The notes under the pieces were generated by a model, which did not search any database, was not told where the DNA came from, and saw only the letters and a list, made by a program, of their open reading frames with translations. Both the position numbers and the translations under genes were made by a program. A stretch of DNA of 63,757 nt, filler included. It is 6 parts of 6 records of this genome, joined end to end, with 100 filler letters (N's around TTAATTAATTAA, not from the genome) between each part and the next. Parts side by side here need not be neighbours in the genome. Positions count along the whole stretch, not along the records: positions 22,043 to 36,614 come from SRR20825010_1498; positions 36,715 to 51,331 come from SRR20825010_1500; 4 more parts are not named here. The stretch is one strand, 5' to 3'. The stretch's first letter is position 1. Each line of letters opens with the position of its first letter. Positions 28,415 to 38,829 of this stretch are shown piece by piece.

Positions 28415-30418
28415 ATGAATCATACTACTACGCCTTATTCTTTTGAATTTGATAATCGATTTGTTAGCAATCCTATACTTTTAGAATTGTTTCGAAACAT
28501 GTTGAAATCTAGAATGATAGAAGAAAAAATGCTAATCTTATTGCGTCAAGGAAAGATTTCAAAATGGTTTAGTGGAATAGGGCAAGAGGCTATTTCTGTA
28601 GGCGTTACAATGGCGCTTCAACCGGATGAATATATTTTACCGATGCATCGTAACTTAGGGGTTTTTACTACAAGAAAAATTCCCTTAAACCGACTTTTCT
28701 CACAATGGCAAGGGAAAGCTAGTGGTTTTACCAAGGGAAGAGATCGGAGTTTTCATTTTGGAACACAAGAATATAAAATTGTAGGAATGATTTCTCATTT
28801 GGGACCTCAATTGGGGGTAGCAGATGGGATTGCATTGGCACATAAACTTAGAAAGGAGGCAAAGGTAACTGCTGTATTTACAGGAGAAGGAGGAACTAGC
28901 GAAGGAGATTTTCATGAAGCTCTTAATATTGCTTCGGTGTGGGATTTGCCTGTACTTTTTTGTGTTGAAAATAATGGTTATGGACTTTCAACCCCTACAA
29001 ATGAACAGTTTAATTGTAAAAATATTGCAGATAAAGGGATTGGTTACGGTATGGAAGCTCATATTATTGAAGGGAATAATGTTTTAGAAGTGTATACCAA
29101 AGTAAATGAGATTGCTAAAAGTGTAAGAGAAAACCCGAGACCTGTTTTATTGGAGTTTAAAACCTTTAGAATGCGCGGCCATGAAGAGGCTAGTGGCACT
29201 AAATATGTTCCAGATGAATTGCTTAATGAATGGGCTACTAAAGATCCAATTAGTAACTATAATAAGTTTTTAAATGATGAAGGAATCCTTACTAAGGATA
29301 TAGAAACGTATTATAAAGATAGTATTCAAGCAGAAATTGATGAGAATTTACAAATTTCTTATGCTGAAAATTCTATTGTTTCTGATCAAACTAATGAATT
29401 AAATGATGTTTATTATGATGCTGTTAATAAGTTATTTAAGAATTCGGAATCAAAAAATAACATTCGGTATATTGATGCTGTTTCAGAAGGTTTAAAACAG
29501 AGCTTAGAAAAGCATGATAATCTTATTGTTATGGGGCAAGACATAGCAGAATATGGAGGTGTTTTTAAAATAACAGAAGGCTTTGTTGAACAATTTGGAA
29601 AAGATAGAATTAGAAATACGCCCATTTGTGAATCTGGAATTGTAGCTACAGCAATGGGACTTTCTATAAATAAAATGAAGGCTGTGGTAGAAATGCAATT
29701 TTCAGATTTTGTTTCTAGCGGTTTTAATCCAATTGTAAATTATTTAGCAAAATCGTATTATAGATGGGAGCAAAATGCCGATGTTGTTATTAGGTTGCCT
29801 TGCGGGGGTGGAGTAGGCGCAGGCCCTTTTCATTCACAAACTAATGAGGCTTGGTTTACAAAAGTGCCTGGGTTAAAAGTAGTGTACCCTGCATTTCCAC
29901 AAGATGCAAAAGGATTACTTATTGCAGCTATTAACGACCCTAATCCTGTTATGTTTTTTGAACATAAAGCTTTGTACAGAAATGTCTATCAAGATGTGTC
30001 AGATAATTACTTCGATATAGAATTAGGAATAGCCTCTGTTATAAAAGAAGGAAAAGACGTTAGTATTATTACCTACGGTATGGGGGTGCATTGGGCATTA
30101 GAAGTATTAGAAGCACATAAAGATATTTCTGTAGAGCTAATAGATTTGAGGACACTTTCTCCGTTAGATACGAAAATGATTTATTCTTCAGTAAAGAAAA
30201 CAGGAAAAGCCCTTATTTTACAGGAAGACACTCTTTTTGGAGGTATTTCAAGTGATATTTCTGCCTTAATTATGGAGAATTGTTTTGAGTATTTAGATGC
30301 TCCTGTTAAGCGTGTAGCTAGTTTAGAAACCCCAATTCCTTTTGCTAAAAGTCTTGAAAACCAGTTTTTAGCCAAGTCTAGATTGGAAAAAGAATTGTTG
30401 AATTTACTCTCATATTAG
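28415..30418 (+). CDS. 2-oxoacid dehydrogenase E1 alpha/beta fusion (branched-chain type)
   Basis: GEGGTSEGDFHEALN...ENN TPP motif, RMRGHEE, NTPICESG, EMQFSDF, GPFHSQ, IDLRTL.PLD; TAAATTTG -7 element at 28391. Confidence 0.93.
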   Translation: MNHTTTPYSFEFDNRFVSNPILLELFRNMLKSRMIEEKMLILLRQGKISKWFSGIGQEAISVGVTMALQPDEYILPMHRNLGVFTTRKIPLNRLFSQWQGKASGFTKGRDRSFHFGTQEYKIVGMISHLGPQLGVADGIALAHKLRKEAKVTAVFTGEGGTSEGDFHEALNIASVWDLPVLFCVENNGYGLSTPTNEQFNCKNIADKGIGYGMEAHIIEGNNVLEVYTKVNEIAKSVRENPRPVLLEFKTFRMRGHEEASGTKYVPDELLNEWATKDPISNYNKFLNDEGILTKDIETYYKDSIQAEIDENLQISYAENSIVSDQTNELNDVYYDAVNKLFKNSESKNNIRYIDAVSEGLKQSLEKHDNLIVMGQDIAEYGGVFKITEGFVEQFGKDRIRNTPICESGIVATAMGLSINKMKAVVEMQFSDFVSSGFNPIVNYLAKSYYRWEQNADVVIRLPCGGGVGAGPFHSQTNEAWFTKVPGLKVVYPAFPQDAKGLLIAAINDPNPVMFFEHKALYRNVYQDVSDNYFDIELGIASVIKEGKDVSIITYGMGVHWALEVLEAHKDISVELIDLRTLSPLDTKMIYSSVKKTGKALILQEDTLFGGISSDISALIMENCFEYLDAPVKRVASLETPIPFAKSLENQFLAKSRLEKELLNLLSY

Positions 30419-30528
30419 CATTTTTACGGAATTAAATAAATGTTAATTTAACAAGCAAATACTTATTTTAAGGCGGATTTTTATTATCTTAGATGTTACA
30501 TCAACAATAATTATTAAACTAAACAATC

Positions 30529-31026
30529 ATGAAAAATAAGGCGTATATTCTTATACTTATGGTGTCTTTGGTATTAACTTCCTGCGGACTTAGCAAGGAG
30601 AATAAAGACAACCGAAAAACCTTAGATGGAACTTGGAAACTCACAAATATTGATTATCAAAATAACGAAGGTTATTTTAAGTCAATTTTATTTAATGATG
30701 TTTCTGCAAAGTGCTTTAGAGGTAGCGAATGGTTTTTCCGCTCAAACAACAGTACAGGGTATTACAACATTTTAGATGGGGGAGAGTGTTCTCCAGGACA
30801 ACGTAATATCCGTTGGTCTATTCAAGACGATGCAAATGGTACTCCAAACCGTTTTCAATTTAAATTTATAGACGAAAAGAAAAATGATATTAGTGGAGGA
30901 TATGGGTACGTATTCCAAATCAATTCTTTATCTCCACAACAAATGGTAATTTCTGCGGATGCTAGCGTAGGCGCAGAAACTGTAACTGTAGTGTATCAGT
31001 TTACCAAAATTGCATCACTTAGATAA
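30529..31026 (+). CDS. Lipocalin-like lipoprotein
   Basis: Lipobox LTSC, GTWKL motif, beta-rich; upstream of the OmpA-family gene. Confidence 0.7.
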   Translation: MKNKAYILILMVSLVLTSCGLSKENKDNRKTLDGTWKLTNIDYQNNEGYFKSILFNDVSAKCFRGSEWFFRSNNSTGYYNILDGGECSPGQRNIRWSIQDDANGTPNRFQFKFIDEKKNDISGGYGYVFQINSLSPQQMVISADASVGAETVTVVYQFTKIASLR

Positions 31027-31072
31027 AAATAAAACCCATAAATTGGGGATTAAATAAAAATAACTATACAAC

Positions 31073-31759
31073 ATGAAAAAAATAATTTTAAAAAGCGGTA
31101 TTGTATTAACTTCAGTGTTAATGCTTATAAGCTGTGAAGCTATTAAAAACTCTAATAACACACAGCGTGGAACAGCTATTGGAGCTGGTTCTGGAGCGGC
31201 TATTGGTGGAATTATAGGAAATAATGTAGGAGACGGAAATAATTCTGTTTTAGGAGCTATTATTGGTGCAGCCGTTGGTGGTGCCGTTGGTAATAGAATT
31301 GGTAATAAAATGGATAGAAATGCAGAGGCTATTGAAGAGGCAATTCCTGGTGCAGAAGTTACTAGAATTGGAGAAGGTATTAATGTTACTTTTGATGAAA
31401 ATAGTGGTGTTAAATTTGCATTGAATTCTGCTGATATATCTCCTGAAGGTCAGGAAACGCTTAGAAAAATGGCCGAAGTTTTTGTAGAGTATGACGATAC
31501 AAATATTTTAATTGAAGGACATACAGATAGTTCTGGAGCAGATTCATATAATATGTCGCTTTCAGAAAAAAGAGCTAAGTCGGTTAGAGATTTTTTATCT
31601 GCTAATGGAGTAGCTTCTTCTAGAATGACTACAAAATGGTATGGAGAAACACAGCCTAAATTTGATAATAATACTGAGGATGGACGTGTTAAAAATAGAC
31701 GTGTAGAGCTTGGTATTGTTGCAAGTCAAGAAATGATTCAAGAGGCTAAATCTGAGTAA
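31073..31759 (+). CDS. OmpA-family lipoprotein with glycine zipper
   Basis: Lipobox LISC, GAAIGG glycine zipper, EGHTDSSG...YN..LSEKRA, NRRVE. Confidence 0.93.
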   Translation: MKKIILKSGIVLTSVLMLISCEAIKNSNNTQRGTAIGAGSGAAIGGIIGNNVGDGNNSVLGAIIGAAVGGAVGNRIGNKMDRNAEAIEEAIPGAEVTRIGEGINVTFDENSGVKFALNSADISPEGQETLRKMAEVFVEYDDTNILIEGHTDSSGADSYNMSLSEKRAKSVRDFLSANGVASSRMTTKWYGETQPKFDNNTEDGRVKNRRVELGIVASQEMIQEAKSE

Positions 31760-31778
31760 TTTCAGAAACCAATAAATT

Positions 31779-31809
31779 AAAGTCCGATTTTAAGTAATCG
31801 GACTTTTTT
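31779..31809 (+). terminator. Intrinsic terminator
   Basis: AAAGTCCGATT-TTAAGT-AATCGGACTTTTTT. Confidence 0.8.
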
Positions 31810-31838
31810 GTTTTAAACCTATTTTAAAAGTAAATATT

Positions 31839-32702
31839 ATGAAAATTAATAACATTAAATTTTTATTGCTAATAGGAGTGATATCCTTTTCCATAAGTTG
31901 TAAAAGTGATAAAAAAAACAAAGAGGAAGTAATTAAGGAACCTGAAGTAGAAACCCCTCATGGCGGTCCTGAAATGACCATGATTAAAGGGGAAGAAATA
32001 AGCTATAAAGCAGATTCCACAACCATGAAAGGTTATATAGCATACAATCCCGAACTAAAAGAAAAAAGACCTGGGATATTGGTTGTTCACGAATGGTGGG
32101 GACATAATGAATATAGCAGACAACGAGCAGACATGCTTGCAGAATTAGGCTATGTGGCTTTGGCTGTAGATATGTATGGAGATGGAAAACAAGCAAAGCA
32201 TCCTAATGACGCTGGAAAATTCTCTGGGATGGTTATGAAAAATATTGAGGTAGCTAAAGCTAGATTTGATGCAGCTCTTAAAGCATTAAAAAGTAACCCA
32301 CATGTAGATGTTAATGAGATTGCAGCTATAGGCTATTGCTTTGGAGGAAGTGTTGTTCTAACAATGGCAAATATGGGAGAAGACTTGGATGCAGTTGCAG
32401 CTTTCCATAGTGGAGTACAGCTTCCTGTAATGCCTACAGATGCTATAAAAGCTAAAATTTTAGTGTGTAATGGAGCTGCAGATCCATTTGTTTCTGAAGA
32501 ATCTATTGTTAATTATACAAAAGCAATGGATAGCGTAAATGCAGATTATGAGTACATAGCTTATGAAGATGCTGTGCATGCATATACCAGTAAAGATGCA
32601 GACTCTTTAGGTAAGAAATTTGATTTGCCATTAGCATATAATAAAGAAGCGGATGAAAAATCATGGGAGGAGCTTAAAAAGCTATTAGATGAAGTTTTCT
32701 AA
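31839..32702 (+). CDS. Dienelactone hydrolase-family lipoprotein
   Basis: Lipobox SISC, VVHEWWG, GYCFGG nucleophile elbow, AVHAYT. Confidence 0.9.
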   Translation: MKINNIKFLLLIGVISFSISCKSDKKNKEEVIKEPEVETPHGGPEMTMIKGEEISYKADSTTMKGYIAYNPELKEKRPGILVVHEWWGHNEYSRQRADMLAELGYVALAVDMYGDGKQAKHPNDAGKFSGMVMKNIEVAKARFDAALKALKSNPHVDVNEIAAIGYCFGGSVVLTMANMGEDLDAVAAFHSGVQLPVMPTDAIKAKILVCNGAADPFVSEESIVNYTKAMDSVNADYEYIAYEDAVHAYTSKDADSLGKKFDLPLAYNKEADEKSWEELKKLLDEVF

Positions 32703-32725
32703 AATAGAATTCTTCCTAACTATTT

Positions 32726-32753
32726 AAATCCAAGTGAAAGCTTGGATTTTTTT
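32726..32753 (+). terminator. Intrinsic terminator
   Basis: AAATCCAAG-TGAAAG-CTTGGATTTTTTT. Confidence 0.8.
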
Positions 32754-32881
32754 ATTCCTACAAATAAGGTATTGTTAAACAATCCTTAAACCTCCGTTAA
32801 AGTGCATTAAAACACATGGTTAGCTGTTAAAACTATTGTATCTTAAAGGGAATAATTAATTATCAACTCAAAAAATTAATA

Positions 32882-34858
32882 ATGAACAAACCCTTAAACG
32901 TAGCTCAAAAACTTATAAAATCACATTTACTTCAAGGGGAAATGACTCCTGGAAGCGAAATTGGAATTAAAATTGACCAAGCGTTACTTCAAGATGCAAC
33001 AGGTACTTTGGTACAATTGGAATTAGAGGCAATGGGTTTAGATACTGCAAAAACCGAAGTTGCTGTTCAATATGTGGATCATAATTTATTGCAAACAGAT
33101 TTTAAAAATGCAGACGATCATCTTTTCCTACATTCTGCCGCACAAAAATTTGGACTTTGGTATAGCCGACCTGGAAATGGAGTGAGCCATCCCGTCCATA
33201 TGGAGCGATTTGGAAAGCCAGGAAAAACATTGGTAGGATCAGATAGTCATACGCCTGCAGCTGGATCTTTAGGGATGCTAGCAATAGGAACAGGAGGACT
33301 GGATGTTGCAGCGGCAATTGCAGGGCAACCATATTTTGTGAAAATGCCACAAGTTATGGGAGTTAAATTAACAGGAAAACTTCCAGACTGGGTAAGTGCC
33401 AAAGATGTTATTTTGGAAATGTTAAGACGTTATGATGTAAAGGGTGGTGTAGGAAAGATTATTGAATATTATGGTGACGGATTAAAACATTTAAGCGCAA
33501 TGGACAGGCATGTTATTGCTAATATGGGAGCAGAATTGGGCGCTACTACAACTGTATTTCCTAGTGATGAAGAAACCAAGCGCTTTTTGAAATCGCAACA
33601 AAGAGAAGATGATTGGGTGGAATTAATAGCCGATGAAGGGTGTGAATATGATCTAGAGGATGAAATTATTTTAGATGAATTGATTCCGCTTATAGCTTTG
33701 CCTACCAGTCCTGGTAATGTAGTTCCGGTTAGAGAAGTAGAAGGAAAAAGTATAAGTCAGGTTGTAATTGGTTCTTCTGCAAATCCTGGATTACGCGATT
33801 TTTGGATGGCAGGGGCTATTGTAAAAGATAAATCGATAAGTCCAGATGTTTCCTTTGATATTAATCCTACTTCCAGACAAATTATCCAGAATATGATTGA
33901 TAATCGTGCTTTTGCTAATTTAATAAAGGCAGGAGGAAGATTCCATCAATCGGGGTGCATGGGATGTATAGGAATGGGACAAGCGCCAGCTAGTGGAACT
34001 ATTAGTTTGCGTACAATGCCGAGAAACTTCCCTGATCGTTCTGGAACCAAAGACGACCAAGTGCATCTTTGTAGTCCAGAAACCGCAGCAGCTTCAGCAT
34101 TAACAGGTAAAATTACCGATCCAAGGGATATGGAAAAGCTTTTTAATATGAAGTATCCTGAATTTGAAGCTCCAGAAATAGATATTATTAATACAGATAT
34201 GTTGGTTGCTCCTCCAGAAAACGGACAAGAATTGGCTTTAAAGAAAGGACCTAATATAAAAGCATTGCCTCATATAGAACCTTTAAATGATACTTATGAG
34301 ATTCCTGTGGTTTTAAAAATGGGAGACAATATTTCTACAGACGAAATTTTAAAAGCAGGAGCAGAAGTGCTCCCTTTTAGAAGTAATATTCCCGAAATTA
34401 GTAAATATTCTTATACGGTTATAGATGAGACTTTTTATGACAGAGCCATGGAGGCTAAAAACCAATATGGAGGTCATATTGTAGTTGCAGGCGATAATTA
34501 TGCGCAGGGGAGTAGTAGGGAACATGCTGCTATTGCACCTAAATATTTAGGGCAAATAGCTGTTGTAGCCAAAAGTTATGCCCGTATTGCATGGCAGAAC
34601 TTGGTTAATTTTGGAATTCTTCCTCTTGAATTTGTAGCTACTTCAGATTATGACAAAATCCATCAAGGAGCAATGGTTTCATTTAAAAATCTGTTAGAAG
34701 ACGTAAAAAATAATAATCCAATTCGGTTGGTTGTTTCTTATGAAAATAAGGTAGAAGAAATTCTTACTAAACATTCTATGAGCGAGCGTCAAATTAATCT
34801 TATTTTAAAAGGAGGAATAATCAACGATTTTAAACAAAAACTAGCATCAAAAAAATAA
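32882..34858 (+). CDS. Aconitate hydratase (short, about 650-aa type)
   Basis: QDATGT, DHN, GSDSHT, GSSAN, CMGCIG, RNF, DNISTDEI, GSSREHAA. Confidence 0.9.
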   Translation: MNKPLNVAQKLIKSHLLQGEMTPGSEIGIKIDQALLQDATGTLVQLELEAMGLDTAKTEVAVQYVDHNLLQTDFKNADDHLFLHSAAQKFGLWYSRPGNGVSHPVHMERFGKPGKTLVGSDSHTPAAGSLGMLAIGTGGLDVAAAIAGQPYFVKMPQVMGVKLTGKLPDWVSAKDVILEMLRRYDVKGGVGKIIEYYGDGLKHLSAMDRHVIANMGAELGATTTVFPSDEETKRFLKSQQREDDWVELIADEGCEYDLEDEIILDELIPLIALPTSPGNVVPVREVEGKSISQVVIGSSANPGLRDFWMAGAIVKDKSISPDVSFDINPTSRQIIQNMIDNRAFANLIKAGGRFHQSGCMGCIGMGQAPASGTISLRTMPRNFPDRSGTKDDQVHLCSPETAAASALTGKITDPRDMEKLFNMKYPEFEAPEIDIINTDMLVAPPENGQELALKKGPNIKALPHIEPLNDTYEIPVVLKMGDNISTDEILKAGAEVLPFRSNIPEISKYSYTVIDETFYDRAMEAKNQYGGHIVVAGDNYAQGSSREHAAIAPKYLGQIAVVAKSYARIAWQNLVNFGILPLEFVATSDYDKIHQGAMVSFKNLLEDVKNNNPIRLVVSYENKVEEILTKHSMSERQINLILKGGIINDFKQKLASKK

Positions 34859-34864
34859 AAAATT

Positions 34865-35467
34865 ATGACAGCATTAGAACAATTACATTTAGATAAAATA
34901 GCAAAAACTAACCATGAGATTTATGCACTTTTAAAAATGCGTTGGAGTCCAAGAGTTTTTAAAGAAGATAAACTTCCGGAGAATGAAATAAAACAGCTTT
35001 TTGAAGCTGCTAGGTGGGCACCAAGCTCTTTTAATAGGCAGCCATGGAGATTTATGTATGCTGAAAAAGGAAGCGACACCTATGATAAAATTTTAGACTG
35101 TTTAAGCGATTTTAATAAGAGTTGGGTTACCAATGCTCCTTTATTGATGATTACCGCGTACAAAGAAAATACAGAAGAGGGTGATGTAAATTTCCATGCT
35201 TTACACGATTTGGGCTTAGCCGTTGGAAATATGAGTGTGCAAGCTCAATATATGAAAATAGGAATGCATCAAATGGCTGGAATCGATTGGGAAAAAGCCC
35301 AAAAAGTATTTAAAATTCCAAAGGGATTTCATGTAGCTACTGCTATTGCTTTAGGATATTATGGAGGCGATTTTGAGAAATTAAATAGTGAACTTCTAGA
35401 AATGGAAAAAAGTGAAAGAGACCGGATTCCTCAGGAGGATTTTGCTTTTAAAGATTCTTGGAAGTAA
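34865..35467 (+). CDS. Nitroreductase family protein
   Basis: RWSPRVF, EAARWAPSSFNRQPWRF, HQMAG, IALGY. Confidence 0.9.
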   Translation: MTALEQLHLDKIAKTNHEIYALLKMRWSPRVFKEDKLPENEIKQLFEAARWAPSSFNRQPWRFMYAEKGSDTYDKILDCLSDFNKSWVTNAPLLMITAYKENTEEGDVNFHALHDLGLAVGNMSVQAQYMKIGMHQMAGIDWEKAQKVFKIPKGFHVATAIALGYYGGDFEKLNSELLEMEKSERDRIPQEDFAFKDSWK

Positions 35468-35475
35468 TTATTACC

Positions 35476-35518
35476 AAAAAGCAGTTATTTTGAGTAGAAT
35501 CTATATAACTGCTTTTTT
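35476..35518. terminator. Bidirectional terminator
   Basis: AAAAAGCAGTTAT...ATAACTGCTTTTTT between convergent genes. Confidence 0.7.
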
Positions 35519-35580
35519 ATTCCTTAAGGAATATTTTAAAATATCACCATTGTTAAACTTCAAGTCTATAAATTAAATTT

Positions 35581-35991
35581 TTATGGTATTTTAACGTCAG
35601 AAGAATCTGGTTTTATAAGCTTTAAGATATCTGAAAATGTATGCGCCATTACTGCTTTGTCTCCACGTATTGCAATTGGATATACTAGTGTTTCTGGATT
35701 TTTATTTAAAACTTTTAGAGCATCTGTATTGTCCAATTCAATTCCTTCCCCATAAAGATTTGTAAATGCAGGATGGTCTTTTGCAATCAATTCTGGAACA
35801 GTTTTACCTATTCTCTCCGCTATTTCTACCCATTCGGTATCTGCAATTTTTGTTTTCGTTAAATCGATTGCCAAAATTCTAGCCTCAGAAGATAGGGCAT
35901 AAGCTTGGCATTCTCGTCCTAATTTAGTGCTAGGATCAAAAATAAAAGTTATTTGTCGGTCGTTTGTTGATATAATGCTCATTTTTTCCAC
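35581..35991 (-). CDS. ArsC/Spx-like thioredoxin-fold protein
   Basis: W.EIA..IG..V.ELI...HP.F, L..NP..L.YPIAIRG pattern; no CxxC. Confidence 0.6.
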   Translation of the reverse strand: MEKMSIISTNDRQITFIFDPSTKLGRECQAYALSSEARILAIDLTKTKIADTEWVEIAERIGKTVPELIAKDHPAFTNLYGEGIELDNTDALKVLNKNPETLVYPIAIRGDKAVMAHTFSDILKLIKPDSSDVKIP

Positions 35992-36106
35992 GTATAAATG
36001 TTTTTTAATACCTCATAGAGGATTTAATTTTCTAATGCCTGCCTTGAGGTAGGATTTAATTAATATCTATATACTTAGCGTAGAATTTTTTAGGGGATTT
36101 GCCTTA

Positions 36107-36409
36107 TTACTTAGCTTTCATTTTTTCTTTTTTCTTTCTCAATTGTTTATCTAGATCGTCTCCAGCTTCAGCAATAGAGATTTCAAATTTTTCATGAGAA
36201 GCCTCTGCAAATAATCTCGGGCCAGGAACGCTTAATCTGATATTACAGATTTTTCCAGTTTCTTTAGAAGAAGTATTTTCAGTTTTAAAAAAAACATCAG
36301 CTCTTACAATAAAATCGTATTTATCTGCTAATTTATTAAGCTTTTTAGTAGCTAGTTCTTCCAAACGGTTGCTAGCAGCAACATTGTCGTACTCAAAATT
36401 TATTTGCAT
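36107..36409 (-). CDS. hpf: Ribosome hibernation factor (RaiA/HPF family)
   Basis: KL.KL..KY.FI..ADVF.K, IRLSVPGPRLFAE, F...I....D.L.KQLRK.KEK. Confidence 0.85.
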   Translation of the reverse strand: MQINFEYDNVAASNRLEELATKKLNKLADKYDFIVRADVFFKTENTSSKETGKICNIRLSVPGPRLFAEASHEKFEISIAEAGDDLDKQLRKKKEKMKAK

Positions 36410-36614
36410 AGTTATAGTTAATTAGTGTTATCAATTAAGTACTTCTTTTTCTTTATTGAAGTAACTCTCTTAAAAATACTAAAATTAACAATGCTGATGA
36501 AGTAAACCTTAGGTTTTAATATGAATTTATGAAATACTCTTTTATGATTTGAAGATTTGAAAATGTGGAAATGAAAAGAAGTCGGAAGTCGGGAGGCTTT
36601 ATGCTTTAAGCTAT

Positions 36615-36714
36615 NNNNNNNNNNNNNNNNNNNNNNNNNNNNNNNNNNNNNNNNNNNNTTAATTAATTAANNNNNNNNNNNNNNNNNNNNNNNNNNNNNN
36701 NNNNNNNNNNNNNN
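36615..36714. other. Artificial contig spacer
   Basis: N block with TTAATTAATTAA. Confidence 0.98.
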
Positions 36715-37512
36715 GTCATTGTCGATTTCTGGGCGCCTTGGTGCGGTCCCTGCAAACAACTCACGCCGGTCATCGAAAAAGTTGTTCTGGCGGCCAAGGG
36801 TGCCGTGCGGCTTGTTAAAATGAATATCGAGGATTATCCCGAAGTCGCGCAGCAATTGCGTGTGCAATCGATCCCTGCCGTCTTTGCTTTCAAAAACGGT
36901 CAGCCGGTGGACGGCTTCATGGGCGCATTGCCCGAAGGTCAGGTCCGCGCCTTTGTCGAACGACTGGCCGGCAGCGTTGGCCCCACACCTGCCGAAGAAC
37001 TAATCGAAGCAGGCCGTGCTGCAATGGCGGAAAAAGACTTGAACACAGCTGCACAGGCATTCGGACGCGCCATCCAGATAGAGCCTGGTATTCCTGCAGC
37101 TGTGGCAGGTCTGGCGCAATGCTACATCGCCAGTGGTGATCTGGAACGTGCCGGTCAGACGCTAGGCCTTGTGCGTCCCGACGGGCGCAACGATCCCGAA
37201 ATCAAGGCGGCAGAAGCCGCCCTGTCTCTGGCTGACAAGACATCCGATCTGGGTGATACATCCGAGCTTTTAGCGCGTATAGAAGCCGACAAGAAAGACC
37301 ATCAGGCTCGTTTTGATCTCGCATTGGTGCTCAATGCACAAGGAGACCGGGAAGGAGCTATCGATCAATTGCTGATCAGCATGGAATATGACCGCAACTG
37401 GAACGAACAGGCTGCCCGCAAGCAATTAGTCGAATTCTTCGACGCTTATGGCCCGAAAGACGAAATCACGATTTCAGGACGCCGTCGTCTCTCTTCCATC
37501 CTGTTCAGTTAA
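36715..37512 (+). CDS. cnoX: Chaperedoxin CnoX/YbbN (thioredoxin + TPR), 5' truncated
   Basis: In frame from contig start VIVDFWAPWCGPCK; VQSIPAV.AF..GQPVDGFMGA.PE; C-terminal RRRLSSILFS. Confidence 0.9.
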   Translation, partial: VIVDFWAPWCGPCKQLTPVIEKVVLAAKGAVRLVKMNIEDYPEVAQQLRVQSIPAVFAFKNGQPVDGFMGALPEGQVRAFVERLAGSVGPTPAEELIEAGRAAMAEKDLNTAAQAFGRAIQIEPGIPAAVAGLAQCYIASGDLERAGQTLGLVRPDGRNDPEIKAAEAALSLADKTSDLGDTSELLARIEADKKDHQARFDLALVLNAQGDREGAIDQLLISMEYDRNWNEQAARKQLVEFFDAYGPKDEITISGRRRLSSILFS

Positions 37513-37535
37513 ACCGCGGAGAAAGGTCAAACATT

Positions 37536-38210
37536 ATGGGATCGACGGATCGCTATCAAAGCGTCGCGGACCTTCCCGCAACACTTCCTGTATTTCCGTT
37601 ATCAGGAGTATTGCTACTCCCGCGCACTCAGTTGCCGTTCAACATTTTCGAACCGCGTTATCTACAGATGGTGGATGACGCATTGCGCGGCACACGCATT
37701 ATTGGCCTCATTCAACCCGACGAGCATGAAACCTCCGCCACGCGAGCCGATCGTCCTGCTTTGATGAAAATAGGATGTGCCGGTCGGTTGACGTCCTATA
37801 CAGAGACCGATGACGGGCGCGTCCTCATCACATTGACAGGCATAAGCCGCTTCCGGTTACGCGGAGAGTTGGAAAGCATGACCCCCTATCGTCAATGCAC
37901 TGTCGACTATGATGAGTTTGTTGACGATCTGACACCCGAGCTTGGAACTGAGCAAGTGAGCCGAGACGATCTTCTGGGCGTGCTGAAGACCTATCTGGAA
38001 ACCAACGGCCTTCAAGCCGACTGGAAAACAATCAAGCTTTCGACAAACGAGACGCTAGTCAATTCACTCTCACTCATCAGCCCCTATGGGCCGCGCGAAA
38101 AACAGGCCCTTCTTGAGGCAAAGACACTGGAAGACCGCAATCAGATGCTGATTGCGCTAACAGAAGTTGCCTTACAGCAGGGCACCACCAGCGAAACAAC
38201 TGTACAATAA
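37536..38210 (+). CDS. LON peptidase substrate-binding (N-terminal) domain protein
   Basis: LPVFPL.G.LLLP...LPFNIFEPRYL.MV, GC.GR, DGR..ITL.G..RF, EKQALLEA. Confidence 0.9.
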   Translation: MGSTDRYQSVADLPATLPVFPLSGVLLLPRTQLPFNIFEPRYLQMVDDALRGTRIIGLIQPDEHETSATRADRPALMKIGCAGRLTSYTETDDGRVLITLTGISRFRLRGELESMTPYRQCTVDYDEFVDDLTPELGTEQVSRDDLLGVLKTYLETNGLQADWKTIKLSTNETLVNSLSLISPYGPREKQALLEAKTLEDRNQMLIALTEVALQQGTTSETTVQ

Positions 38211-38240
38211 ATTTCACGACCTAATTTCAGGATCAGATCC

Positions 38241-38444
38241 ATGACCGATACCACCGCTGTCGCTCGCAATGAAGTCGACCCAAAACTTCTAGAGATCCTT
38301 GTATGCCCCGTCACCAAATCCACCTTGCGCTATGACCGCGACCGTCAGGAGCTAATTTCCGACAAAGCACGGCTTGCCTTCCCGATCCGTGACGGCATTC
38401 CGATCATGCTGACAGACGAGGCGCGCAATCTCGATGACGAGTGA
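38241..38444 (+). CDS. Trm112-family (UPF0434) protein
   Basis: [27 protein letters not shown]. Confidence 0.92.
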   Translation: MTDTTAVARNEVDPKLLEILVCPVTKSTLRYDRDRQELISDKARLAFPIRDGIPIMLTDEARNLDDE

Positions 38445-38814
38445 TCCGGCAAAGACAGATAACCGTCCTTGGCCAATCGAGCTGAGACTTAAAAAATCAG
38501 AACGCCGCCTGATCGTATCCTTCGAAAATGGCGAGCACTACGCCTTACCTGCCGAACTGCTTCGAGTTGAAAGCCCGTCTGCGGAAGTACAGGGTCATGG
38601 CAGCGGACAAAAAACAACAGTTCCGGGCAAACGCAACGTAACCATTGAGGCGCTGGAGCCAGTCGGCAACTATGCTGTACGGATCATCTTCGGTGACGGC
38701 CATGACAGCGGCCTGTTCACTTGGGATACGCTTCACCATCTGGGCAATGAACAGGATCAGATCTTTGCCGACTATATCGCCGCACTGGCTGACAAAGGTC
38801 TGTCGCGCGACTGA
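38434..38814 (+). CDS. DUF971 (GBBH-like N-terminal) domain protein
   Basis: [36 protein letters not shown]. Confidence 0.9.
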   Translation: MTSDPAKTDNRPWPIELRLKKSERRLIVSFENGEHYALPAELLRVESPSAEVQGHGSGQKTTVPGKRNVTIEALEPVGNYAVRIIFGDGHDSGLFTWDTLHHLGNEQDQIFADYIAALADKGLSRD

Positions 38815-38829
38815 AGATATGAATGCTTG

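Noticed and set aside
36577-36597. GAAGTCG tandem heptamer at the end of contig 3
   Set aside because: Only about 2.5 copies, with the context cut off by the gap; too little to interpret.
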